The notes under the pieces were generated by a model. It was not told the origin of the DNA, ran no database searches, and saw only the letters and a list, made by a program, of their open reading frames with translations. A stretch of DNA of 55,191 nucleotides, the filler included, from Basidioascus undulatus (lineage: Eukaryota): NCBI GenBank assembly GCA_000826855.1. It is 3 parts of 3 records of this genome, joined end to end, with 100 filler letters (N's around TTAATTAATTAA, not from the genome) between each part and the next. Parts side by side here need not be neighbours in the genome. Positions count along the whole stretch, not along the records: positions 18,416 to 36,754 come from JTLS01000470.1; positions 36,855 to 55,191 come from JTLS01000471.1; 1 more part is not named here. One strand, given 5' to 3'. The number at the start of each line of letters is the position of its first letter. Position 1 is the stretch's first letter. Shown here in pieces: positions 34,515-47,659 of this stretch. The position numbers were made by a program, and so were the translations under genes.

Positions 34515-36754
34515 GATGGACCAAAATAGAGTCGAAACGCGGGTAGGAATGTGTGAGCGATACGAGCGCGATGTGAGGGAAGTGCACGGCGGCGATGAGG
34601 GTAAGAGGCAGGAAAGGGGAATGCAGGCTTGTGGCCGGAGCACGCCTGCCGGGGTTGTTGCTTGTTCCCGTACTTGGCCTGGGGCGTCACTGTCGTCACC
34701 TGGCTGGCGGGTCCAATGTTTCTCCAAACATAACAATGCAGAAGGTTCATCAGGGCATCAACCTGATGCTGTGAAGAGACCGTCCGTCCGAGGGTCTGAA
34801 ATGGAACGCACTGATGTCGAGCACTGCGCTGTTGACGGACAGGCCATCGAGTCTCTCGGTACTCCCCACCTCACCATCAGTAGAAGATAACGGACTGCAT
34901 TGGTGGTAAGCTAAGTCGAGATGTAACCCGATGTACAGTTCTGAAGCTGAAATGTACTTGGAAGGACAGCGGTCTCGGTCGACAGGCTGATACCGGGGTT
35001 GCTCCACTGTCAAAAGCAATGGGTAATTGGAAGGATAAAAATTTAGACCCGAGAAGAATAGTATGAGGCAATGTTGCTCTCGCGGTGGACAATTCTACAT
35101 TGCGCGGCCCGTTTAGAGAGCTGTGCTTCTTCGCTCCCATGCTGGGTACGGACTGTAAAATTTGAGTACCCTTTACAGCCCGCGGCTGCTGCCAACAACT
35201 AAACTGAAGCTCTACGACTCGGAGTTGTTCCTACTGGAAGCGGTCATTCCATCCATCATCCCCTACAGAAACTTCTCTACGTTCAAAGCGGTTGACAGGA
35301 ACGGTATACAGTTTGTACAACACACAAGGCCTCAGGAAATGAGGAAAGCACCGTTTGGTCGGGCGACCGGAAATCACGCGCATTGCTGGCAATGCCGCGG
35401 CCAAGCAGTCGGGTAGCCGTGCCGTTTACCGCTGGCCGTCTGGCGCCGATCTGCTCTTGAAAGTGGCTGCAAGTAGGCCGAGCAGAGTATAACACGAAAC
35501 TACTTTCAATCATAGTCTCCTCTTGGGAATGATGTCCACGAACCATGATCAGTGTCGGCATCATCGTCGCACGCCGCACCGCGTGTCCGTTTCAACGCCC
35601 ACTGCACAATGTTGTCTATAATGCCCAATCGAGCTCGCACTCCAGCAGAGAAACAACCCGTCGGCCAACGTGAGTTCTCAACGAAGTGGTTTGCTGCGGA
35701 AGTCCTGGTGCCGCGATGCTAGTGTGCCTTGCCCATGCGCTCACTCGTCGCAAGCAGGCAGACGAACTGCAAGGCCGTGTCTCCGCCACCGTATCATACC
35801 ACACGGCCTGGTGAGCAAGGCCTCCAGAGGGAGTAGCGTAGGGCCGCTATGTTCAAAGGGCTGAACGGGAGTCCGATGCATGCGATACATGCGTCCTACG
35901 CTGCTGTAGCCTCAAACAGGCAGAAGGAACATGCGTTGTGCCTCAGGCATCGGGGCAGTTGGGAGGCCATAAAGACAGCCGTCATCAGCAGCACCGTCCC
36001 CCCCAAACAAACCCCCCCTCACTCTCCTCTAACTACAGACAAACATGCGCCGGGATGTCGCGGACCAGAGTGCAAAGTCACGTCTTCCCAACAGCTTCCT
36101 TTTTGTGTCCCTCCTTCCCTAGGGTAATGTGAAGAGGAACACAAGAGAGCGGATACTAGGATCACAATGGACCATATCGGTGGAGGGAACGGAAAGAAGA
36201 CGATGAGACCATGGCGAAATCGACGACCGTCAGGATCCAGCTGTTGCTCCGTCAAAACCTCCTCCTCCTCCTTTGATGAAGTTACACTACAACCGTTTCA
36301 GACGATCTCCCAGCAGGCTGATTTTTCCAGGCCCCGGCTGCACATAGCTGATCACCTGACCGATTAATGCGTACAGGATGTAGCCGCAAGCGTCGGAGCC
36401 CAGCTCACTGGCATGTTCGCGATGAGCCGAACTTGCCAGTAGTCTGCGCCCCGACAATGGAAAAAGCACCCGCTTGGATGTGTGATAGCGTCGTGGGGTG
36501 GGATTTGATTACCAGAAAGGCGGTGAGCGTGTTCCCATGTCCCTCGGGGGCGGGAATGCGGGGACGCGGTGAGGTGAGATTATACGAGGTGCAGAGGACA
36601 TTACACAAGAATGAAGTAAGGTAAAGCGCGTCGGGATCGGAGGCGCACACCTGCTTCGCTTGGTTTGCCTACGAGTCCGACCTGCAAGGCGCTGATCCCA
36701 ACCTCAAGCGCATGCCCTTCCCCCCAAATGTCTTTCTTTCCCCTCCCTCCGGCT

Positions 36755-36854
36755 NNNNNNNNNNNNNNNNNNNNNNNNNNNNNNNNNNNNNNNNNNNNTT
36801 AATTAATTAANNNNNNNNNNNNNNNNNNNNNNNNNNNNNNNNNNNNNNNNNNNN
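36755..36854. other. Assembly gap with artificial linker (44 N + TTAATTAATTAA + 44 N)
   Basis: Same 100-bp structure as 18316-18415. Confidence 0.97.
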
Positions 36855-37196
36855 GAGCAGTAATGGTATCGTCCTCTTCCTTCTCTCCTTCCCCCTCTGC
36901 CCCATAGCCCACCACCGCGGTGACTGACTCAGCGAGGCGACCTGGTCCGACTCGGACGTGTATGTGCCCTTCACCACGCCGACATTAGGGCTGAGCGACG
37001 CGGATTGGGTGATCGCGGCCTGGTTCGGCGGCGGGGGGCGCGAGGTCGAGTGTGGTTGTGCGGGATGGGAAGAGGAGGGGAGGAGGTCGAAGGTCGTTGG
37101 GTTGGGGGAGGGGCGGCGGCGCTTGGGTAGGTGTGGGAGTGGGGCGAGCTCGGATGGCCGAGGGGCCCCGAGGTAGATCGAGTACGATTTGGGCAT
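36855..37196 (-). CDS. 5' end of a gene running into the gap; N-terminus resembles SHLD2-like OB-fold proteins
   Basis: MPKSYSIYLGAPRPSEL followed by a disordered segment. Only the N-terminal motif is visible. Confidence 0.35.
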
Positions 37197-37697
37197 CGTG
37201 ATAGTGTGAGTTGGATGGGAAAGAAAGAAGGGCACGCTCGTTCACGCGTCCGAGTCGCGTTCTGTCAAGTCATTGTCAATCCCGCCTTCACTGATCCGAA
37301 ACGTGTCTCGGAGCCTTCAGGTGTCTTGCAGGATTCCTCGCACAACTGACTTGCAAGTAGTCTCCCAATTTACAAGAATGATTAGATCTAGAGCGTTTGT
37401 GTACAATAGCCAACAGTAAGCCTTGGCCAAAGCCGGCAACAACAAGCAGGTCATTATACATTGTCCCCTCTCAGTCTAGAAGTGCGCGTCTCTGGAGACT
37501 GACAGCCGGAGCGGAACCGATAGCATTGACGAGTCTCATTAAATCTTACAGATAAATGTCTTGTGCATCCAGTTTCATGGCGTGAGGGAAGACAAACCAA
37601 GTTATGTCTTGGCGATCGTGATCGTCGCTCCAAGTGCTTCTGGAAAAAAGTATTTCCGTGAGGCTCTTTCCCACACACACTTTAGCTGCGGTAGCAC

Positions 37698-37703
37698 AAA
37701 AAA
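37698..37703 (-). terminator. Pol III terminator (T6)
   Basis: Six T on the minus strand directly 3' of the tRNA. Confidence 0.8.
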
Positions 37704-37704
37704 G

Positions 37705-37785
37705 TGGACGATTCCGGGTTTGAACCGGAGACCTTCTCAAGCTGTGAATGCAAATGAGATGTGATAGCCACTACACCAAACGCCC
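37705..37785 (-). tRNA. tRNA-Ala(UGC) with 8-nt intron
   Basis: GGGCGTT/ATCGTCC acceptor stem with G3:U70, discriminator A, anticodon stem TCTCA/TGAGA, anticodon TGC at 37752-37750, intron 37748-37741, T-arm TCCGG-TTCAAAC-CCGGA. Confidence 0.93.
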
Positions 37786-38645
37786 TTGTCGAAGAGAAAA
37801 GAAGCCATATTCCCCAGTACTCTTGATGCAATGATGTTCATCATTGCCCCCTCTATCCTCTTACATCCTCGTCACGCCTCAGCCGGGACTCGGACCAGTG
37901 TACAGTCGTCAACGAATGGCCCTTACCCCACTTCACCATCTCGTGGTTTCCGGTGCTTTTTGTTCCCGAAACTTCTTTGGCAGTGACTCTGGGGTCTGAT
38001 GCATGTGAACGCTTCATTCAACCTCAGCCAGCCGGCCCCTGCAGCTTCGGCGACACTACCATCGTTGCACTGCAGAAGAGCGTCTACTTGTTGATTCAGC
38101 GCTGATCAGGACAAATGTATTCAGGTAGAAACTATGCTCCAAAGCCGGTGTCTCGATGCTTGTCCTTGAGAGAGTACAGTGCGGAGGGCAATCAAATCCA
38201 GGTGCCAGTGGAGATTGCTAATGTAGGAATTGGACACTACTCGTCTGCAACTTGTGCACTTGCAAAATCCAGAGGTTTTAAACTCTCTAGCGTCTGGCTA
38301 CTCATGACATGGACTTGGAGGTAACCCCTTCCATCACGGGTTCACATATTCTTCATTGCCGGAACAGGCTCGGGATCACGATTTCACAACACATTGACAG
38401 GACTTCGAACCTCTCCAGGTGTTTCATTTGCAATACAGTAAAAAATCATCCCTGTGGAGGTATTGTTGATTTAGGCAATGAAAGGCGGTATGGTGGCACG
38501 CGCCCCACCACACACGAACAGTTCAACAAGTCCTTCACAACGAATCACACATCGTTTCGAACCCGAAGGAAAAAGCTCGCAGTACATAGCAAGTGCCACT
38601 CCACCCATGTCTCCTAGTTTGCTGACGCGCCCACCCCATGCGTCT

Positions 38646-39720
38646 CTAGCTTTCCCAGGTAGTCATCGGCGTCGTCTGCAACAGTCGTGCCGACAGCTTC
38701 TCCCACTTCTCAAGCTCCTGCGCGACCGACTGAAGCTTGGCACGGACCACGAAGAGAGCGTCCGTTCCCAGCTGCAACCTCAACGGCGGGTCTGGTACCT
38801 TGGAAACAGCGATCATTGCTTTCGCCGCTTTTCGGGGATCCCCTTGCGCGTCGAGCGTGCGCACGAGATGCCGCAACTGCGAGACTGCCGTAGACGGGTC
38901 CGAGTAGGACGGGTGCGAGGGAAGCTCGACTATGCCCGACCTGGCCCATTCTGTGCGGAACCCGCCCGGCTCGACGATGGTCGCCTTGATGTCCCACTCG
39001 GCAGGGAGCTCCTTCGAGAACGACTCGGTGAAGCCTTCGAGGGCTGTACAGAGGGCAGAACCGTCAGACATTTGTGCGGAAACGGACCTTTGCCAAAAGC
39101 TTACCGAATTTCGCCGAAGGATGGAACGAAAGACACGGGTTGCCCGAAAACCGCCGGTGGACGAGACGTTCACAATGCAGCCAGAAATGCCCTTCGGGTT
39201 GACCTCGTGGAAGAAAGGGACAGCCTGTAGAAAATGGACCAGTATGAGGGGATACTGGAGTCATTTGGAACTGTTTAAGAAATATAGGCTGTCTGCTCAC
39301 CGAACGAACAACATCAACTGCACCCCAGTAGAGCACCTCCATCTGCTTTCGAGCCTCCTCCTCAGGCGTAGCCTCGAGCCCGCCCAGGAGCCCGTAGCCC
39401 GCGTTGATGACGACGACGTCCAAGCGGCCCCAAAGCTTCCTGAGCGTCTCGAACGCAGCCACTACCTGCTCATGCACCGTAACGTCAAAGGGAGACAGAG
39501 GAGCTGGTCTTCGGAGTACTTGGCCTGCAGGTCCTCGAGCGCGGACGGCTACCAAAGGGTTGCAACGACGCGCTCCCCGGTCGCGATTACCTCCTCCACG
39601 AGGGAGCGACCGAGTCCGGAGGAGGAGCCTGTGACTGAAGGAGCCAAAATGTCAAAATAAGGTTGTTGCCCGTACGTGAAACGGACTGAACCACACGCGG
39701 GCAGTCGAGAAGGTAGACAT
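38646..39720 (-). pseudogene. Classical SDR (17bHSD-like) pseudogene
   Basis: VWFITGSSSGLGRSL...VVATL is followed by TGG TAG (stop 39551-39549). Frameshifts near 39490 and 39150. NNAG reads INAG and catalytic YxxxK reads HPSAK. Downstream IVEPGGFRT, GDPRKAA and PPLRLQLGTDA remain recognisable. Confidence 0.85.
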
Positions 39721-41186
39721 GTGGTGCAACGATCAAGTGTTGAAAGAGAGGTAGGCTGCAGAAGATCTGAGCATGGACGGCATTTTATCACTTCAAATGC
39801 GTCCATCTTTGTACCCCAGCGAGATCATGACATGGCCGTGCCGCCCATCCAATGCCGTTCTCTGTCATTCATTCTCGGCAGATGTTTGCGGCATAGCGCC
39901 CAATAGTCAGCGAAAAGTCATAAAGCGGTATTGTGCGGCACATCAATAGTGGTGTAAAACCTGTATCTTTGAAACAGAGTTCCTCCACCAACGAAAGACT
40001 GCAAAGGCTCAGTCGATTCTCCAGTGCGTGATATGGACGCCCCGAGGCCAGTTGGCATTGCTCAGTGGATCAGCACGAGATACCTGCGGGACACCCTGAT
40101 AAATATTCAAAAGCCTCTTGAACGATGCCGGTGTGCACTCTCTTCGATGGACTGCGACCAACTCGCGAGGTGTGGGTGCATTTCGTCCTTTTTGTGAGAT
40201 TGCCTACTTAGAAGTAAACTGGTAGATCAAGTCATGAGATTCACTTGCTGTTCAACCACCCTTGAAGCGCTTCATGCACATCAGTTACCCCCCGAACTTG
40301 CTGTTGTTGCCAAGATGCTTCAGGACGAATGGGCTGAGCAGGAGGTCCACTTCACCAGGAAGATAACGCGAACCGATCGAGTGTAACAGTAACAGTAACC
40401 TTCTACTCCATTCCAAAAGGAGGAATGAAACCAGAAGCTAGGACCATCCGGAAAAGGAGGGTTTGATCCGAAGTTTCACAATCTGCAACGGAGTGCAGCT
40501 CCGAGCTCGAGGTGAGCAAGGATGCTTTAGGCATGGCATGTCCTGTCATCTACAACCGAGAGGACTTTGTGTAATAAAGTGGGTCTTTTCTCTCCACGCT
40601 GTCTCCGGATTTTATGTTAGCTGTTCATTGCGTACTGACTGGTAGCCGCTGTAAAATGTATGTGGGCTGGGTGATCTACCTCGGTATGCGACCAGCAGGT
40701 TTCGCGAACGGGCGTGGGAGAAACGCGTCGGTAACTACTAGGACTAGCTAGCTCTCAACTTGGCCTCGCGTGAAGTCGCCTCCTCCCGCTCAGCTTGCTC
40801 TCCGCCTCGCGCTCGCTATCGCCTCAGTCGTACTCACCATCACCGGCGTTCCAGTGCACTCACTCACATCCACGCTACTGACCCCGTCGTCCGGCCTCCG
40901 AGCTCCGCGAGGCCGGCTACGAGCTCTTCTGAAGGCGGGCGGGATCTCTGATCTCTTTCCAACAAGGCAAGTAATCCTCGAGCGGCGGATGCTGGCGGAG
41001 AGATTAGCTTTGCGGCGGAGCGGTGTGGGCGGTGGAATGGTGGGGAATGGCATGGATGGCAATTGAGGTCGATGCGCTGGTGGACATTGCTTCGCTTGGC
41101 ACCTTGGAGATCCTGAGGCGCTCAAGCATGCAGCGTGGGGGCTGACGCTGCTCATACGCATCGCCACAGGATCTTACTTTCTGCGC

Positions 41187-44100
41187 ATGCCGAACTACTT
41201 CGGCGACAGCAAACACTATCTTGATCAACTTCACGGCGTCGCTAGCGGTGGGCACAGATCTCGCGGACGAGGCGGCGGGGCCAGCAAGAAGGACATGCCT
41301 CCTCGGAACTCTTCCTCGGTCGACCGCACCGCGGGATTCGACCCCCCACTCGCGGGACCCCGCAAAGAAGGGTGAGTCTTAGAAGAACAGGGACTGAAGC
41401 AGCGGCACAGCTCACTTTCACGCTCGTCTCCTTCAGTCCCGGCCCTTCGACCTCTTTATTGAAGCGTCCCCCTCCAAAACCCATAGCGACACCGGGGGTT
41501 CGTCAGCCCTCTTTTTTCTCTTGTCCTGCCCTGGCTCAATGGCTGGAGGACAATCAGCCTAATCGCGGGGGCGGCCTCTACGGTGCTCGACGCGACACGC
41601 TCTCGGGCGCGCAAACACCTGGTCAAGGCGCATTCCAGCAGCAGTCCCACCCTGCACCGTACCTCGCTCTTCCGACGCCCACGCGCGGTGTCAATCCGAA
41701 TCAGCTTCAAGCGAGTAGGTTCATTCCGCGCGTTTCCCTCTCCGAAATTCTCTGACAAATGCATTGGCTACAAAGATGGCAACGGGTTCGAACCGAAAAC
41801 TAACGTAACGTCTTGCGCTTGTTATGCAGCAATGTCGTCTGGCTGATGGAAGTGAACCTATTCAGCAGCACCACTTCGGCCGCGCTCCCCGACAGCGTTC
41901 GCCTCCGCGACGTTACAGCGACGGACCCGATCCCATCGACTCCCTCGCCAATCACGACTATCCCGCGCACCACCCTCCTCCGGCCAAGCGCCCGCGCACC
42001 GACCACCAGCCCCAACACCGTAACGCGTCCAACACGTCGAGTCGCCCGAGCACCGCGCGCGCGAGCGCGGCGGCCGACTCGAACAGCCAGCGCAAGACTA
42101 AGGGCCCGGTCGAGGTCATCTCGTCTGATGAAGACGCTCCTCAGCCACCGCGTCGTCGTTCCGGTTCCGGATGGTCGGCCCCGGACGCGGAAGACCCGAT
42201 CTTGCCGTTCGAGGACGAGGACGTGCCGGGCCCCTCGTCGCGCGCTGCGAAAGGGCGTGCCAGCGCGAGCAGCACCGAAGGCGAGCGCGTCGCGTCAAAG
42301 CACTTCCAGCCTGGTCACGTCAACAGGCTCGCCGCCTGCTTCGAGTCGTCGAGCGAGCCGTCACAGGCGGGCTCGAGCTCGAGAGCCGGCCAGGCGTTCG
42401 CGGCGTTCGACGAGAAGGCTCCGAGCACGAGGGCGCGCGCAGGGATAACAGGCCGGATGAAGGGATCGGATGCAGTACGTCTGACTTTTTCCAAGACTTC
42501 ATGTACAAAGGCGCGCAGCTGACGCTCGTGTTTGCGAGCAGGTGTCGAGAAGCGGCAAGAAGGTGCGTCACCTGCGTCCGTTATTCTCCTGCGTGAGTCT
42601 AATTCGATGTGCGGATTCGCCGCAGGACTCGCAAAACGGCGGGGAGCAGGAGAAGAGGCCATTCCCGATCTTCGACCCGCACGCAGGCATGGGCGACTCG
42701 ATGAAGCAGGCCCGTTCCGGCCTCGGCGCCGGCGCGAGCATCGAGGTGCCTCTGCTCACCTGGTACTGGGGCACGCGCGAGATGCACATCAGGAACAAGT
42801 CCTGGGTTCTTCAGATGGAGAAGGAGGTCTTGAGTGTCGCTATGGAAGGAGGGCCGGACAAGCACTCCGTGCCGCTGAAGGACATCGTCGCCATGAAGGT
42901 GCGCAGATGGGTCGAGTCCCGAACATGGCTTACGCTCTTACTGAAATTCGGCTGCGTAGCTCTCTAAAGATTTCGAACAGCACCCATTTGTGGCCGTCGC
43001 CCTAGATTCGGCATCGACGACTGCAAAGCACTTCAAAAAAGGCTATTGCGATCCTCGTTCGTTTCGCTCTTAGCGGCAATAAGGCGCTCTACTGACCTCT
43101 CATCTTGTGTCGGTCAGAATATTCCCAGCTCGTCTTCGTGCCCGACGTCGGTAGTGGCGACTACAAGCCAGAGGGCTACGAGACGCTCTACGACCGGTTG
43201 AAAAACACGAAGTATCGTACCAAATTCGAGTACCTCGAGTACGCGCTATACCTTCCTCTTTCCGCTCCCTCAACTGACCCCTCTCTTTCAATAGCGCACC
43301 TGCCGTCAAAGTCAACATCGTTGCCGCGCAGGAGTCCTACAGATCATTCGTTGAGCTCGCTTCAAAATTCGACGACGAGCGCCATGCGCCGTCGGGTCCT
43401 TCGACGCGCTCGCGCGCCCCTGTACCCGTCATCCCCGGACAAGGCCGCCGTTCTGTCCCGACGCCGCAACAACCGCCGTCGTCTCTTCCGGCGCCGCGTC
43501 CGTCGAGACCCAAGCCGCGGCCGTCTACAGGCGCGAAAGCCCGCGGCGCGTCGTATGAGGTCGATGACGATTCGGATGTGGAGGAGGTCAAGCCCCCGTA
43601 CGTTTCATTTCGTGTTCCCCGAGCCACATCCTATGAGTATGACTAGACCCCATCGTATCCAGTCAAGCGACACGGCGTCAGCCGTCACGACAGTCGAAGG
43701 TTCACCAAGAGATCTCCCCCTGCGCGCCGTCACCAGATCCGGGCGAGGTGTACGCACAGTTACTTCTTCTGTACTGTGGCAACTGCAGCTTACGCGCTGT
43801 TCCGCAGCTTGCTCGTCTTCTCGGAGGCCAAGGGCGCGATCAACCTCACGTACGGCGACCGCAAGCGCCTCGAGGAAGGCGAGTTCCTCAACGACACGCT
43901 CATCGAGTTCGGATTGAAGTCTGTCACGCTTTCGCTGTTCGTCCGGCTGCCTCCGCTGACTCAGAGCTCCCTTCGTTGCGCAGGCTTTGGTACTCGAAGC
44001 TCGTCAAGGAGAACCCCGCCGTCGCGGAACAAATACACTTCTTCAACTCGTTCTTCTACAAGAAGCTCACGCAGAAGCCTACTGCGGAGGAGAAGAAACG

Positions 44101-46902
44101 GTGCGTGCGATGGTCTGTCCCTTTTGCTACGTTCCGCGGTGTGCTGATGCGTGTTGTCCGGACCCAGCGGCATCGAGCGAAATCCTTACGAGAACGTCCG
44201 GAAATGGACGAACAAGTTCAACCTCTTCGACAAGAAGTATATCGTGGTGCCGATCAACGAGCAGTACGTCTTTCCGCGTTTTCGTCCTGTCTCTGTCTCT
44301 GCCCGCCGGCGCTTACATCCTCCCCGCACTAGCTACCACTGGTTTCTCGCCATCATCATCAACCCGAGATACGGCCTCGAACCGCCGCCGCCGGGGTCGG
44401 AGCGCCCGCCGCTTCCGCCGAAGAGAACTCGCGGCGGCACGAAACGTGCGGCGCAGCAGCCCTCGGACGAGAACAAGGACATGTCGTCGTCCGCTTCGCG
44501 GCCGGCGAAGAAGAACAAGGGCAAGGGCAAGGCGCTGCCAACGCCGCACAAGCCTAAGCAGACCGAGGTCGTCGAGATCAGCGACGACGAGGACGAGGAG
44601 GAAGAGGAGAGCGGGAATGAGGACGTTCGACCGCCCGATGCGGCGGATCAGCCCGAGGCGTCCTCAACCACGGTTGCGAGGCCACCTTCCGCATCAGCCG
44701 ACAAGACGCCGCGTCCGTCCGAAGCCCCGTCGCCTCCCCCTCCTCCTGCGGCCGCGCCTTCCCTGGACAAGGCCGCGTCCGTCGAGCCTCCCACCCTTCC
44801 GTCTCCTCTTCCACCGGCCACCACTGCCGCATCAGCCGCCGACCCCCAGGAGGTGCCGGCAACTCCGTCCTCCGAGAACGGCGACATCGATCTTCTACCG
44901 TCTCACCCGCGCGGTGCGCAAGACGAGGACGTAGAGATGAGCGATGCAGCGTCGCAGCTGCGGATGGACGAGGATAGGATGGTCGGGTCGGGCGCGGAGG
45001 CCACGGGCGCGAACGCGATGGACGTCGATCAAGCGGACGCTTCTCCGGCGGAGGCGCAGCAGCCGGCAGCGGCGGGCGCGGACGCGGACGCGGACGCTGA
45101 GATGCGGGACGGCTCGGAGGGAACGGAGGGGAGCGTCAGCGAGAAGGCGTCCGACAAGCATCCCGCGTGCGTCCTAATGATCCGTCCCACCCTAGCCTTA
45201 GGCGCGCTGACGGCAGTCCACGCACAGCCCCGACATCTACACCTTCGACTCGCTCGGCAACACGCACAAGCCTATCATCCGCGCGCTCAAGGACTACCTT
45301 AAGTACGAGGCGCTCGACAAGAAGCGCGTGCCCGAGAACACGCCCATGAATGGCATGACGGAGGCGAATGGTCATACCGCCCAGGTGCGTTAGCAGTTTC
45401 TTTCTACTGCCTGATGCCGTAAGACTAATGGTCGGCGACTATCTAGGTCCCGATCCAACCCAATTTCTGCGACTGCGGCGTATACATCCTCCACTTCGTC
45501 GAACGCTTCTTCAGCGACCCGGAGGGCTTCCTGAAGCTCATGTCGGTGCGTCGGACCTCGTGGTCTTTTCCGCTTGTTTTGATGCTTATTAGGAGGCGCC
45601 GTCGGGGCATCGCAGAGCAGAGGCGTGTCTCGGGAAGTCATCAACGCCCGGTGGGACCGCGCGACCGCGGAAAAGCGCCGCAAGGCGCTCGCCGACGAGG
45701 TCGACGAGCTGTCCAAGAAGTGGATGGAGGAGCAGGAGATGGCCATGCGCGAAGCGGAGGCGAAGAAGAAGGCGAAGGCGGAGCGCGCAGTGGCGGGCAA
45801 AGCCGCGACGTCCACCTCGAAGCAGCCCACGCCGGCCGGCGACGCATCCGCTACCCCCTCCAAGGAATCCTCGCCCGATCCAGCCGCGAAAGCGTCTTCA
45901 ACTTCTACCCACCCTCCCCCCGCCGCCGCCGACAGACCCGAACCACCCGCGGCTGCACTCCCGGCGAACGACGTTCCTTCGGAAACGAACAGAGACAAGC
46001 CTCCCACGACGCATCCGACCGGCGATTCCGCGCCGCAGGCGGATCGTCTGCGTCGCAGCGGAATGCTCCCAGGACCAGCAGAGCAAGCTGCTGCGGGTTC
46101 GCGCGACGCGACGCCACACGGTCGCTTGCCTGCGAACGACGACAAGCCCGTGTCAGCACGCCCGGAGGCGGAGGTGGGGCCCTATTTCCGCGAGCTCCAG
46201 GAGCACCAGTCGGTACGCGACCGAGACCCTCTGGTCGATCAGCAGCTGAGCTTGCTGAAGAGTGGGGCGAAGCACAAGGCAGCGCACGAGGAGTACAAGG
46301 GCTTTGAGCAGTCGCGTAATGCGGCCGCGCGGCGCTTCGACCGGCCCCCTCGTGCCGAATCCGAGGGGCGCCGCAGCACGAACAGCCCCGACTCGAGCGG
46401 CGAAGGGATGGAGCATCCGCTGCCCGGGAGCTGGATCGACGGTGCTACGTCTCGAGCTGCCTCCCCCGCCCCTCCCCCCACTCCGGCCGCCGCCATGCAC
46501 AGCGTCCCGAGCGGCACGGGCATCCCCTTCGAGTACACTCAGGCATCGCCGAAAGCGCACGCCGAGGCCAACGCTGACGAGCAGCCCGGTCGTGCCTCCG
46601 CTGCCGACGGAGCCGCTGCTTCCGGCTCGCGCGCGTCGACTCCTTCCTGCTCCACCGCGACCGCCACGGCTGCCACGTCCACCTTCGTGTCCCCGCGGAC
46701 GCGCGCGAAAGCGAGGCAGGAGGAGCAGAATAAGGCTGAAAGTGAGCGCAAGGAGGGCTCCAAGTCGACGAAGAAGGCGCAAGGAGCGCGCGAGGGGAGC
46801 TCAAATGAGGTCGTCGAGCTCAGCTCGGGCAGCGAGGACGACGGCGAGCTCGAACCCGGTCCCGCCCACACGTTGCGCAAAGAAGGCAGCCCGGATTTCT
46901 GA
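41187..46902 (+). CDS. ULP2: Ulp2/SENP6-7-type SUMO protease (peptidase C48), multi-exon
   Basis: DRKRLEEGEFLNDTLIEFGL, IHFFNSFFYKKL, VRKWTNKFNLFDKKYIVVPINE, catalytic HWFLAIIINP, IYTFDSLG and QPNFCDCGVYILHFVERF, with long disordered termini. Confidence 0.9.
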
Positions 46903-47659
46903 GTCTTCGCACCGCCCGTTTCTACCCACCGCGCTCCCTTTTCCTCCACCTTTCTCTCTCAACCATCTCTGTCCCTTCCTCCCTCTGTTCCTGCCACTCC
47001 CTCTCCCATCGCCTCGCCTCGCCTTTACTGTAGAACTGATCTCGTCCACATGTAAAGTAGTACCTCTCCGCTCGCTCCTCGCACCTTCCTCCCCTTTGCT
47101 TTTGATATCCACTGTTTGTCTCTATTGCATCCGCACGACACCATTTCCCATTTCCCCTCTTGAGCATCTTCTAGCACGCCGCATCACCATAGCTTTGTCG
47201 CTTCTCTTGACACAATCTGACGCATACGCTCGAACGTGTTTGGCTGATGGAATTGTGCTGTCTGTACAAACCCCGCTGCGGACGGTGCGAGACGACCGCT
47301 GTTCTTGCTGATGAAAAACGTGCGCCGCTAGCCGACACGTTAGCGAGTTACAACGTTCAGCGAAGGAAGGAGAAGCAACGGTCCTCTCGCCTGTTTGCTT
47401 TGCAGTTCGCAAACACCTGCACGCATCGGATTCACACCCAGGTCGCTTAAGGGTGATATAATCAACTGCTAGCGACCGTTGTGAAACATCAAAGCTTCTC
47501 GTATCGCTTCGTATCGTACAATTAAACTCGGACATCGACCGCCCAAAGCAAGCAAGTGTTCAAGCCCCAACCTCCGGGCCCCTTCACCAAGACGCATCAA
47601 AGACATCACAAAACCCAAAAGAAAAAGCCAAGCACCCCGCCGCCCGCACCCAAGCCCAC

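Noticed and set aside
34600..36754. Short ORFs left of the second gap as the continuation of the SHLD2-like gene
   Set aside because: No convincing exon chain or OB-fold-like sequence was found on the minus strand.
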